42,862 nt of DNA, from contig JBJKQP010000266.1 in assembly GCA_046705105.1 (NCBI GenBank), forward strand, positions 1 through 42,862, in the 5' to 3' direction. This document shows positions 1 through 8,697 of this stretch, one piece after another. The notes beneath the pieces were generated by a model that was not told the origin of the DNA, ran no database searches, and saw only the letters and a list, made by a program, of their open reading frames with translations. The first letter of the stretch is position 1. Each line of letters opens with the position of its first letter. The position numbers were made by a program, and so were the translations under genes. This DNA comes from Ignavibacteriaceae bacterium. GTDB taxonomy: Bacteria; Bacteroidota; Ignavibacteria; Ignavibacteriales; Ignavibacteriaceae.

Positions 1-1350
1 AAAAAATCTTTTGATCTTTGATGTGTTCTGCCATCTTATAAGATGAGAAAAGAACGGATTATCCGGCTGATCGATTCCTAATTTAAAAAATGCTCTTAAG
101 GTGGCTTTGCTTTTGGCATCTTTAAAAATATAAGGATATAATCTTTCAAGCAGCATCGGCCTCATATTGGATTGCGGATATTTAGACCAGAAAGCTCTGA
201 CCAAAGTTTCTCTAAAAATATTATATCCGCCGAAAACTTCATCAGAGCCTTCGCCCGTTAAAACAACTCTAAAATCAGAATTACGCACAAGCTCCGATAA
301 AATAAATAGAGGAACAGGTGAAAGCCTTAACAGCGGGATTTCGCAATGCCATAAGACTTCCGGTAAAAGTTCACCTATAATTTTATTATTAGCTAATACC
401 GTACGGTGATCGACATGCAGATTCTTAACCATTTCATCCTGGAACTCGCCTTCATCATAAGCAGCTTCTTCAAAACGGATTCCGAATGTCTGAAGTTTGT
501 TATTGAAATTATTGTTTATTAAAGAAGTTATACCGGATGAATCCAAACCACCGCTTAAATAACTGCCTACCGGTACGTCAGCCCTTAACCTAATACCAAC
601 TGAATCCAAAAGTAGTTCTTTAGTCTGTTCTGCTATTTCGTCGGAACTGTAGTTTACCAGTTCGTCATTCAATGCAAAGTCAAAATCCCAATATCTTTGA
701 ACATTAATATTGCCGCCTTTAATCTTTAAATAAAATCCTGCTGGTAGCTCATGAATATTCTTGTAAAAAGTTTTACCGGGCAGTACAGTCCAGAAAGTGA
801 AAATCTGGTTAAGCGATTCAAAATCAATTTCACGGTGTATTTCCGTGTTGGCAAAAATAGCTTTTATTTCAGACCCGAAATAGAATTTATTTTCGTAAGT
901 GGTATAATACAAAGGTTTCTTGCCAACCCTGTCTCGTGCGATAAAAAGTTCTTTCTTTTCCGAATCCCAAACTGCAAACGCAAATTGACCGTTTAGCTTG
1001 TACAAACAATTTTCTTTTTCGTCTTCATACAAATGTAGAATAACTTCGGTATCCGAATTAGTATAAAAACGATGACCTTTTTCCAGCAGCTCTTTCTTTA
1101 ATTCAATGTAATTATAAATCTCGCCGTTAAAAACAATCCATAAGGTTTTATTCTCGTTATGAATTGGCTGAGTGCCGCCTTGAAGGTCAATAATACTTAA
1201 TCTTGTCTGCGCAATACCGATTGAATCATCAATAAATGCACCGGACTGGTTTGGGCCGCGATGCTTAAGGTATCCCGCCATTCTGGCAAGTATACCTGAA
1301 TCAACCGATTTTGCTTCTCCAATGTTTAATATGCCGGTAATTCCGCACAT
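1..1350 (-). CDS. asnB: Asparagine synthase family (glutamine-hydrolysing) amidotransferase; 3' end runs off the window, N-terminal ~450 aa present
   Basis: Absent from the ORF track because there is no stop in the window. I translated the minus strand by hand from ATG 1350-1348 down to position 1 and found no stop. Sequence: MCGITGILNIGEAKS (Cys2 Ntn-amidotransferase start), WIVFNGEIYNY, VGSYLSGGLDSS (PP-loop), LTGEGSDEVFGGY. The start lies 3 nt after the stop of the upstream carrier-protein gene. Confidence 0.9.
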   Translation of the reverse strand, partial: MCGITGILNIGEAKSVDSGILARMAGYLKHRGPNQSGAFIDDSIGIAQTRLSIIDLQGGTQPIHNENKTLWIVFNGEIYNYIELKKELLEKGHRFYTNSDTEVILHLYEDEKENCLYKLNGQFAFAVWDSEKKELFIARDRVGKKPLYYTTYENKFYFGSEIKAIFANTEIHREIDFESLNQIFTFWTVLPGKTFYKNIHELPAGFYLKIKGGNINVQRYWDFDFALNDELVNYSSDEIAEQTKELLLDSVGIRLRADVPVGSYLSGGLDSSGITSLINNNFNNKLQTFGIRFEEAAYDEGEFQDEMVKNLHVDHRTVLANNKIIGELLPEVLWHCEIPLLRLSPVPLFILSELVRNSDFRVVLTGEGSDEVFGGYNIFRETLVRAFWSKYPQSNMRPMLLERLYPYIFKDAKSKATLRAFFKLGIDQPDNPFFSHLIRWQNTSKIKRFF

Positions 1351-1352
1351 AT

Positions 1353-1613
1353 TTAGCTCGCCTTTGCAATTTCGGACTGCTTGCGAACTATAAATTCGTT
1401 TACTTTATTTATAGAAGAGAAATTTTCAGGAATTAGTTCTTCATCCTGAACAGTGATGTCAAAAGTTTCTTCAACAAAGCTGACAAGTTCTACTATACCG
1501 GTAGAATCAATAATTCCCTTCTCAAAAAAATCGGTGTCATTCTCTAGTGATTCCGCCTGACCGAAGAGAAAATTATCTACTATAAAAGTTTTTAATTTAT
1601 CGATTATTTCCAT
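1353..1613 (-). CDS. Small acyl/aminoacyl carrier protein (phosphopantetheine-binding, DltC-like)
   Basis: 86 aa. FFEKGIIDSTGIVELVSFVEETFDI contains the D-S-x-G/x carrier serine motif in a context resembling D-alanyl carrier proteins. ATG start at 1613. Confidence 0.8.
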   Translation of the reverse strand: MEIIDKLKTFIVDNFLFGQAESLENDTDFFEKGIIDSTGIVELVSFVEETFDITVQDEELIPENFSSINKVNEFIVRKQSEIAKAS

Positions 1614-1693
1614 CTTTTACTCCATTTATTTTTTTGTGTTTCTTTATCAATGAAATTTTAAGTATTGGCTGTTGTCTGCCCTTTAAAATTCTT

Positions 1694-2287
1694 TTATGAA
1701 ATTGTATAAGGGAATTTACCTTCAAAACCCTTTACATATATGTGACCGTTCTCGGTCAATTTTTTCATTTTCTCCTTAAACTCTTTAGAAGGATATACTA
1801 AATCTTTATGATCGACAGCTTCTCTCTCATTTATTAAACTTTTATGATTCTCCAGGAACTCATCGAATTTTGCGTATACTCTGGCAGGTACCCCTGCAAC
1901 ACAGGAATTCGGCGGAATATTTTTATTAACTACAGAACCGGCAGCAACTAAAACATTCGGGCCAATTGTAACACCGGGTAAAATAATTGCATTCTGACCG
2001 ATGTAAACATTATCTTTAATTTCAACTCTAGCAACGCGTGTATACCCGCCTGTAAACTTAAAAGTAGTAGCATCATGTGCAAGTATAAGTACATGATTGC
2101 TTAACGAGCAATTATCACCTATACTTATCAGGTAAGGATAGTTTTCGTCAATTGAAGCATTGGGCATAATGGTAACATTCTTACCTATTTTTAATCCGTT
2201 GGCAATATTCCGGTTCAGCTTCCGTTTATAATTTTTGTATTTTATTTTGGCAACCAGTTTCAATAATAATCTTTTTATAAAATTCAT
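1694..2287 (-). CDS. Left-handed beta-helix (hexapeptide-repeat) acyl/acetyltransferase
   Basis: 197 aa with hexapeptide repeats (IGDNCSLSNHVLI, IGQNAIILPGVTIGPNVLVAAGSVV, CVAGVPARV). Clear paralog of 11469-12158. Confidence 0.85.
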   Translation of the reverse strand: MNFIKRLLLKLVAKIKYKNYKRKLNRNIANGLKIGKNVTIMPNASIDENYPYLISIGDNCSLSNHVLILAHDATTFKFTGGYTRVARVEIKDNVYIGQNAIILPGVTIGPNVLVAAGSVVNKNIPPNSCVAGVPARVYAKFDEFLENHKSLINEREAVDHKDLVYPSKEFKEKMKKLTENGHIYVKGFEGKFPYTIS

Positions 2288-2349
2288 TTTTACTAACCAA
2301 AAAACCTTAAAAGTTTAAATTACTTTTATTTTATAATAGAACAATAAAT

Positions 2350-3249
2350 TCAAATCTGTTCCGATGCTGCATAATTTGAATCAGGCTGCAATATTGCGCC
2401 TGATAAAAAATTAATTAAACCAGAAGCAACTAACTTCTGTCCTTCTCCGTTAAGATGTCCCCCGTCGGTTGTATAATCTTTAACAAGAAAGTAAATTTTA
2501 TTACCGTTTAAATTTTCAAAGTTTCTTTTTCCGTCAGGGTAAGTAGATTCAATTTGTGCAAGATCAAAGATTTCATTTAAGGGATAACGGGAAATTAATA
2601 GTTTGTTGAATTTATTTCGTGCGCTGTTATCCGCTAAAGTATTATCCTTTTCCCCTTTAATTAGTCCTGCAATTTTCTTGTACAAAGATTTCTGAGATTT
2701 TAAAGGGACTGTAAAATGAATTATTCTTAAATCCTTGTGTTTTTCTTTTAAAGTCTCAATTGAATTAACATAATAATCGAAAACTGATTCAATGTCGGTT
2801 GTACTAATAATATCAGCGTAGCAAAATTTCATAATCGCGATATTCAAGTCGTTGGATGAAAGTTTGTCGACGGTCTTTATAAATTCATCAACTTTACTAA
2901 CCGGGTTTCCGTTCTGACCTATGTGCGAATCTGCAAAATAGAAATTACCGTTAAAATTTAGATCTTTAACTTTATTTAAATTAAAATTATCAACTTTATT
3001 TGAAGAAATTAATTCCTTTAATCCGGAAATTATATTTTCCCCTACGGACCGGTGTCCGAAATAAATATTCTTGGTCCCTATAACTTGTAATTTTTTTGAA
3101 ATATCCTGCTGCATTATTCCATGTCTATTATTCGGTCTAAAAAATAAGACAAAAAGAATAATTATAAAAACCGGTGTGAACAACAGCAATCTTTTTGGTG
3201 TTTTATTCATGACCGATAAAGAAGATTTACTGCCACTTGTTTGAAACAT
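2350..3249 (-). CDS. Membrane-anchored hypothetical protein, possible SGNH-like esterase/acyltransferase
   Basis: 299-aa ORF with an N-terminal Lys/Arg patch plus hydrophobic helix (KRLLLFTPVFIIILFVLFF). Candidate SGNH blocks read by eye: YFGHRSVG, IGQNGNP, DGGHLNGEG. The ATG at 3249 overlaps the upstream gene by 23 nt; the ATG at 3210 (MNKTPKR) is an alternative start. Confidence 0.55.
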   Translation of the reverse strand: MFQTSGSKSSLSVMNKTPKRLLLFTPVFIIILFVLFFRPNNRHGIMQQDISKKLQVIGTKNIYFGHRSVGENIISGLKELISSNKVDNFNLNKVKDLNFNGNFYFADSHIGQNGNPVSKVDEFIKTVDKLSSNDLNIAIMKFCYADIISTTDIESVFDYYVNSIETLKEKHKDLRIIHFTVPLKSQKSLYKKIAGLIKGEKDNTLADNSARNKFNKLLISRYPLNEIFDLAQIESTYPDGKRNFENLNGNKIYFLVKDYTTDGGHLNGEGQKLVASGLINFLSGAILQPDSNYAASEQI

Positions 3250-4567
3250 TTGAAATTATCAACCTGAATTTTCCCCCGCCGGTATAATCTACTCCGTTAA
3301 GATCGAAATTAATTTTTAAATCCGGGAGGAGCCCCTTGTGGATTTCGGATTTTATTACTTCCAAATCTTTCTCTTCTGGTTCTTTAGTTTTAGTAATCCT
3401 GATAGTAATATCGTCAACATCATTTTGAACAATCTGATATTGTTTCACCCAATCAGCATAATATAAAACATTCAAGTGATTAAAGAAGGCGCCGTGAATG
3501 TAGCGGCCGTCTCTTAACACAATAAAATCCCTAATTCTTCCGCCCAGTTCCTCAATCTTATTTAAAGACCTCCCGCATTTGCAAGATGCCGTAGAATAAC
3601 TTCCGACATCCCCGGTTTCATACCGGATTAGCGGGAAAGCATAATTGAACAAAGGTGTGCTGATAATTTTACCTAGCCCGTTCTCATTTTTATCTACAAC
3701 TTCAACAAAAGCGGACTCCTTGTTCTGATGGTAACCGCTGTGTTCAGTGCACTCAAAAGAAAAGATCCCGCCTTCGGGACAACCGTATAGGTCGAATACT
3801 TTTGCTCCGAATGCTTCTTCAATAACTTCTCTTTGATTTTTATACAGCATATCCGAAGTTGTTATTACTGCCTTTATATTACTTTTTAATGTTACGGAAT
3901 TTGATTTACAGTACTGCGACAATAAATAAATTGATGATGAATATCCGAAGATATATTTAGCACCGGACTCTTTAATTTTTTTTGAGATCTCTTTTAATCT
4001 TTCATCAGTTAAATGATAGCTGGTAATTAGCACTGCATTTTGAAGAAAATTATAGATATTTCTTTTAAATGAAGTAGTATTCGGCAGCAAAGATCCGCCT
4101 GCAAAATTTATAAACTTCTCTCCAGGCTCATAACCGCCGGCGTTCCAGGCGCGGAACATATTGGCCCACATATAGCTATGAGAAAGTTTATCCCTGTAAG
4201 TAATAAAGGGTTTTCCGGTTGTTCCGCCGGTTTGAGTAATTCTCGGCTGGTAAGAATTAAAATTATTGCTTTTTATTTTTTCAAAATTATTTCTTACAAC
4301 GTCTTTGGAAGTTGTAGGAAGTTTTCCTAAATCTTTAATCGATTTTAAGTCCTTAGGATGAAATGAAATTCTTTTGAACAATTCCGTATAGTACGGAACA
4401 TTATTGTTAGCATGTTCCAGCAGCATTTTCAGTGCTGAAAATTGCATTTCCTCTAATTCGTCTTTAGAAGAATATTGTGATTTAATTACTTTTTTATAAA
4501 TACTAAGTGTATTAGTCTTTCTAAAATAATCTAGAATTTTATAATTAAAATTAAAAATTGGGTTCAT
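3227..4567 (-). CDS. Adenylate-forming ligase, PaaK/CapK (coenzyme F390 synthetase-like) family
   Basis: 446 aa. TQTGGTTGKPF phosphate-binding loop and YETGD motif are typical of the phenylacetate-CoA ligase/CapK family found in capsule loci. Confidence 0.8.
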   Translation of the reverse strand: MNPIFNFNYKILDYFRKTNTLSIYKKVIKSQYSSKDELEEMQFSALKMLLEHANNNVPYYTELFKRISFHPKDLKSIKDLGKLPTTSKDVVRNNFEKIKSNNFNSYQPRITQTGGTTGKPFITYRDKLSHSYMWANMFRAWNAGGYEPGEKFINFAGGSLLPNTTSFKRNIYNFLQNAVLITSYHLTDERLKEISKKIKESGAKYIFGYSSSIYLLSQYCKSNSVTLKSNIKAVITTSDMLYKNQREVIEEAFGAKVFDLYGCPEGGIFSFECTEHSGYHQNKESAFVEVVDKNENGLGKIISTPLFNYAFPLIRYETGDVGSYSTASCKCGRSLNKIEELGGRIRDFIVLRDGRYIHGAFFNHLNVLYYADWVKQYQIVQNDVDDITIRITKTKEPEEKDLEVIKSEIHKGLLPDLKINFDLNGVDYTGGGKFRLIISNVSNKWQ

Positions 4568-4601
4568 TAAAAATGTTGGTTTGATTAAATTGATACTAAA
4601 A

Positions 4602-5756
4602 TTATACTTCAGCTAAAATTCTTTCTGTCACGGCCTTCCAGTCGTAATCTTTGACTTTCTTCAATCCTTTTTCAATTCGATCCGAATTATCTTTATTTAA
4701 AGCCTCATCAATATATTCTAAAAATTTTTCTTTCGTATCGGCAATATATACTACATCATTATAGTTTTCATTTACTTCTTCAATAAAAGTAGAAACAACA
4801 GGCTTTCCCATTGATAAATATTCTTTAAGTTTTAAAGGAGAAGAGTTCTTTATCCATTCTCTCCTTTTCCAAAACATGATGCATACATCAAAATGAGATG
4901 CATATAACGGCAGTTCATCATAAGATTTTTTACCGAGGAAATATATATTAGAACGATTTTCAATTTCCGGCAAAGAAATATCCTTCCTTCCTATGAACAC
5001 AAAATTATACTCCGGTCTTTCTTTGGAACAATAATCAATTAACTGCCAGTCATTAGAATCGGTAAGCGTACCGTAATATCCGATTAAGGGATTTTTAATT
5101 GAATGAATTTCGTGAGGCAAATTTTCCCTTTTATTGCCGTTATTAAAATGTTCGTAATCTACTGCGTGGGGTAGATAAAAAATATTCGCTCTGCTGTTTT
5201 TAATTTTTAGGCTTGAATAAATTTCCCTTGATGCACAGTAAATTGCATCAGCTCTTTTATAAAGTTCGTTATCTAAGAATTCAAGATATTTGCGCGATTC
5301 GTCGTTCAGTTCTCTATATGCCGTATAATAATCCGAGTAATAATATATTGCACGAGAATAATTAATTAAATTTAATGCAAAAGCATACAAAGGAGTGCTG
5401 AAAAACAGCAAAGGTTTTTTGATTTTTAATATAGCCGAGATAATCGTAATCTGGAAAAGGAAAATGATTTTATTCAAATTCAAATAAAAGCCTTTTTTAA
5501 ATACCGGTATAAGCATTGGCGTATATACATATAAATTTTCGTCAGCCTTTTTTAAAAATTTAAAAATACTTTTAAGTTTTCTTATTATTCTATTCGAAAA
5601 ATTTTTCTTCTTTACGGAAGGGAACCTTGTCCCTAGGGGATTTATCCAAAGGACTTTGTATCCAAGTTTAACAAAATTTTTATTTATGTGATACCTGGAA
5701 TGCGGATTGCTGTTCCAGTAATCATCTCCGGAAAAATGTATTATTGTTTTTGTCAT
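4602..5756 (-). CDS. Glycosyltransferase (GT-B fold, GT1/GT4-like)
   Basis: 384 aa. C-terminal SPLKLKEYLSMGKPVVST matches the E-x7-E region of GT-B sugar transferases. The start ATG overlaps the stop of the upstream gene by 1 nt. Confidence 0.75.
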   Translation of the reverse strand: MTKTIIHFSGDDYWNSNPHSRYHINKNFVKLGYKVLWINPLGTRFPSVKKKNFSNRIIRKLKSIFKFLKKADENLYVYTPMLIPVFKKGFYLNLNKIIFLFQITIISAILKIKKPLLFFSTPLYAFALNLINYSRAIYYYSDYYTAYRELNDESRKYLEFLDNELYKRADAIYCASREIYSSLKIKNSRANIFYLPHAVDYEHFNNGNKRENLPHEIHSIKNPLIGYYGTLTDSNDWQLIDYCSKERPEYNFVFIGRKDISLPEIENRSNIYFLGKKSYDELPLYASHFDVCIMFWKRREWIKNSSPLKLKEYLSMGKPVVSTFIEEVNENYNDVVYIADTKEKFLEYIDEALNKDNSDRIEKGLKKVKDYDWKAVTERILAEV

Positions 5757-6547
5757 TATTTATACCGATTATATATTTCCGGAATAGATGTAAAACTGAA
5801 TTCGTTTCCCAGACACCAATTTAAATAATCTTCAACTAATTTTATTTTGCTTTCGGTGTTATGGTACCGGTGATGCAGAAGCACTCCGGTAGTCTCATAC
5901 TTTGAATACTGAATAGTCTTGGAAATCATTTCCTGCAATGTAAAGAATTCCGCATCCTCTTCTTCATTTAAATATTTTTCAATAAAGCTTATGTTCATAT
6001 CGATTTCGAATAAATTTGTTCCGGGGTAGAAATCGAGATTCCATGAAACATGATGGTCGAAAAGATAACCTTTGTTTAAAAGGTGCCCGACAAAATAAAA
6101 TATTTTTCTGGTGAGTCCGTCATTATAATGTGAATTTATCACTTTATAATTCAAGTCATTTACAGCTTTTATTGCAGGCGGGTTGTAAGGAGCATAAGGG
6201 AAATTAAAAGCAGGGAACCATAAATCGCCGAACCAATTGTTCATTAGATCTTTACCTTGCCTTATATCATTATATTGTTCTTCGTAATTTCTTTGCCCTC
6301 CGAATTCACCTTTTAAAAATTTATTTTTGATCTTATGTTCGAAACCATGCTGCATAATATCCACGTATTCGGGATAGGCTTTCTTTGTTTCAAGCAGCCA
6401 CCCTGCAACTTCTTCTGTAATATTTGCCGGTTCAACCGCATGAATAATCGGTATTTTTTTATCAATGAATAATTTGGTTATATCGATAAGCGACTGATCT
6501 AGCTTATGTCTAACATCATCGTTTCTGAAAAAAAGATTTTTAGGCAT
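5756..6547 (-). CDS. Polysaccharide deacetylase-like protein (CE4/NodB- or DUF2334-like)
   Basis: FFRNDDV and MQHGFEH resemble the Asp-Asp and His-x-x-x-His metal motifs of CE4 enzymes. The track ORF extends to 6643 but would overlap the methyltransferase by 77 nt. The internal ATG at 6547 (MPKNLFFRNDDV) removes the overlap. Confidence 0.55.
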   Translation of the reverse strand: MPKNLFFRNDDVRHKLDQSLIDITKLFIDKKIPIIHAVEPANITEEVAGWLLETKKAYPEYVDIMQHGFEHKIKNKFLKGEFGGQRNYEEQYNDIRQGKDLMNNWFGDLWFPAFNFPYAPYNPPAIKAVNDLNYKVINSHYNDGLTRKIFYFVGHLLNKGYLFDHHVSWNLDFYPGTNLFEIDMNISFIEKYLNEEEDAEFFTLQEMISKTIQYSKYETTGVLLHHRYHNTESKIKLVEDYLNWCLGNEFSFTSIPEIYNRYK

Positions 6548-6566
6548 ATTAAAAATGAGAGTAATT

Positions 6567-7352
6567 TTAATAATTAAAAGATAACTCGACCTTGTTGAGT
6601 TCTGTTTTTGCTTTATAATCCGCTGCTTTAATTTTTTCGGCAATAATAAAATGCTCGTGCCCGTTTACTACTTCCGAAACAATGACATTAAAGTATTGGC
6701 CTACGTAATTTACAAATTCCTGCCTGCTCCATTCTCTAATATGATGTTTATTCCAAGGCGGACCGAATTTGGAAAATATCGAAAGCCTGCTTCTATCGGG
6801 TGTACTTAATGCAATATATCTGCAATTCAATTTGGAAATAAATTCCATAAGTACTTCAGGATTCATTAAATGTTCTATCACATCGATGGACATAACAAGA
6901 TCGAAATATTTTTTAGTCGGATTGTTAAAATCAGAATGTTCCCAGATCCTATCTGGATAATTCACTTTTAATTCGTCCAAAGCCGGCGGAACTTCCAGCC
7001 CGGTAGTTTCGTAGTCTCCAAAATATTTCATTAATTTGTAACCGCTTCCGCAGCCTACATCTAAAACAGAAGACAACTTCTTTTCATTAAAAAACTTCTG
7101 AAGCCCTTTATATACTTTATCCTGAAATTCCTCTTTTGCTTTGGTAGCATCAAAATGCAGATATTTTTTCCGAGTATAATAATTTACTTTGATACAGTAT
7201 TTATCATACTTCATTCCCTTTGTAAAGTATCTTAATCCGCTTCTTAATGAGAGCATAATATGAAAAACTAACTTTATGCTCTCACGGATATATTTCTTCA
7301 TTATTACCAATGAATGAGCTGCTTTTCTGAAAATGTTTCTTCTTTCTTTCAT
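6567..7352 (-). CDS. Class I SAM-dependent methyltransferase
   Basis: 261 aa with motif I VLDVGCGSGYKL and the post-I/II pattern DLVMSIDVIEH. Confidence 0.85.
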   Translation of the reverse strand: MKERRNIFRKAAHSLVIMKKYIRESIKLVFHIMLSLRSGLRYFTKGMKYDKYCIKVNYYTRKKYLHFDATKAKEEFQDKVYKGLQKFFNEKKLSSVLDVGCGSGYKLMKYFGDYETTGLEVPPALDELKVNYPDRIWEHSDFNNPTKKYFDLVMSIDVIEHLMNPEVLMEFISKLNCRYIALSTPDRSRLSIFSKFGPPWNKHHIREWSRQEFVNYVGQYFNVIVSEVVNGHEHFIIAEKIKAADYKAKTELNKVELSFNY

Positions 7353-7424
7353 GACTTTTCTTCTATTATTTAAGGAATGAATTATTTATAAACTATTCTA
7401 AATTTCCTAATTATTTTCAAACGG

Positions 7425-8648
7425 CTAAAGAGAAACATTAGAAATCATTTCCGGTGTATTCTCAATATTCAAATTAAGGTATGTATTTATAATTTTAGCC
7501 GCCCATGTGCTCCAGCCAAAATTATTCATTACCCATTCTGAAATTTCTTTATTGTCCCAGGTAATTTTTGATGCTTTAATAATTTTTTCAGCTAATTCTT
7601 CTTTCGATTCAGGCCTGCATAAAAAACCGTTGAAACCGTTTATTATGATCTCGTTCATTCCGCCCACGTTAGAAGCGACAACTGGCAAACCGCACGCCAT
7701 TGCCTCGAGAGGCGCCGACGGAAAGCCTTCGGAACGACTCGGTAAACAAAACAAATCTTGATTGGTTAATAGTTCCTGGATTTTATTGTGCGGAACTTGA
7801 CCGAGGAATTCAACTTTATTTTCAAGATTTCTGTTTTTGACAATTTTTTTGTATTTAGTAATTAAAGGTCCATCTCCTGCCAATGTTAATTTATATGGGA
7901 AATTAATTTGTTGAAGGGCATCCAAAAGTATATCATGTCCCTTTTCAACATTTAAATTTGCTACTGATATAATTCTAAAATATTTGCTGTTATTTTTCGA
8001 TGTATTTTTATCGAAGGAGAAAATATTTTCATCATAACCGTTTTGAATTACTTTTACTCTTTGAAGATTTGTCGAAATTTTAATCTGATTTTTCATTTTT
8101 TGAGAAACAGCCAGGACAATATCAGAATTTTTATTTATTGTCTTTTCAATTTTATTCCATCCCCTATAATTTTGCGGATGTAGAAGTACATCGCTTCCTT
8201 CAGCTAAAGCAAAATGTTTTAAGCCGGAATATTTTTTAAAATACTTTCCATAAACAGAAAACGGATTAAGCCATGTACTTATAATTAAATCCGGCTTGAA
8301 TCCGGAAATAATTTTATCAAGCTTTTTCCCAATAAAAAAATGCATAATAACCGAAAGATACTTCCAAAACATTTTGCGCGGCGCGGTTACCCACTTGGGA
8401 TGATAGACCTTTATCTCTTCATATTCCTCTACCTCCGGTATAGAATTGAGTTTTTTTAATAAAGTTATTTGTTCCTTAATTCCGGCAAAAGAGAATAATC
8501 CGGCAATGTTGGGATTAACACTTACCGGGGCAACGACAATTACTTCGCAACCTTCTCTTTTTAATGCTTTAGCCCTGGAAAGATTAAAAATTCCGCGGTT
8601 TGGCAGCTTCGGATTAGGAAATAAATAACTGAAAATTAGGACTTTCAT
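7425..8648 (-). CDS. Glycosyltransferase family 4
   Basis: 407 aa. PSRSEGFPSAPLEAMACGLPVVASNVGG is the canonical GT4 C-terminal motif. Confidence 0.9.
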   Translation of the reverse strand: MKVLIFSYLFPNPKLPNRGIFNLSRAKALKREGCEVIVVAPVSVNPNIAGLFSFAGIKEQITLLKKLNSIPEVEEYEEIKVYHPKWVTAPRKMFWKYLSVIMHFFIGKKLDKIISGFKPDLIISTWLNPFSVYGKYFKKYSGLKHFALAEGSDVLLHPQNYRGWNKIEKTINKNSDIVLAVSQKMKNQIKISTNLQRVKVIQNGYDENIFSFDKNTSKNNSKYFRIISVANLNVEKGHDILLDALQQINFPYKLTLAGDGPLITKYKKIVKNRNLENKVEFLGQVPHNKIQELLTNQDLFCLPSRSEGFPSAPLEAMACGLPVVASNVGGMNEIIINGFNGFLCRPESKEELAEKIIKASKITWDNKEISEWVMNNFGWSTWAAKIINTYLNLNIENTPEMISNVSL

Positions 8649-8697
8649 TAAGTGTTTTTTAATTAAAAATTTTTAAGTGACGGTAAAAATATTTCGA

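Noticed and set aside
167-996. Plus-strand ORFs 167-409 and 751-996 from the track
   Set aside because: They lie antisense inside the uninterrupted AsnB-family reading frame that I translated by hand. Their products are low-complexity with no motifs, so they are shadow ORFs.
5756-6643. Long N-terminal extensions of track ORFs (5756-6643, 24155-25390, 11469-12206, 9908-11497)
   Set aside because: The extensions start at non-ATG codons or overlap the upstream gene by tens of nucleotides. They add residues not seen at the N-termini of these families. Internal ATG starts with better context were used instead.
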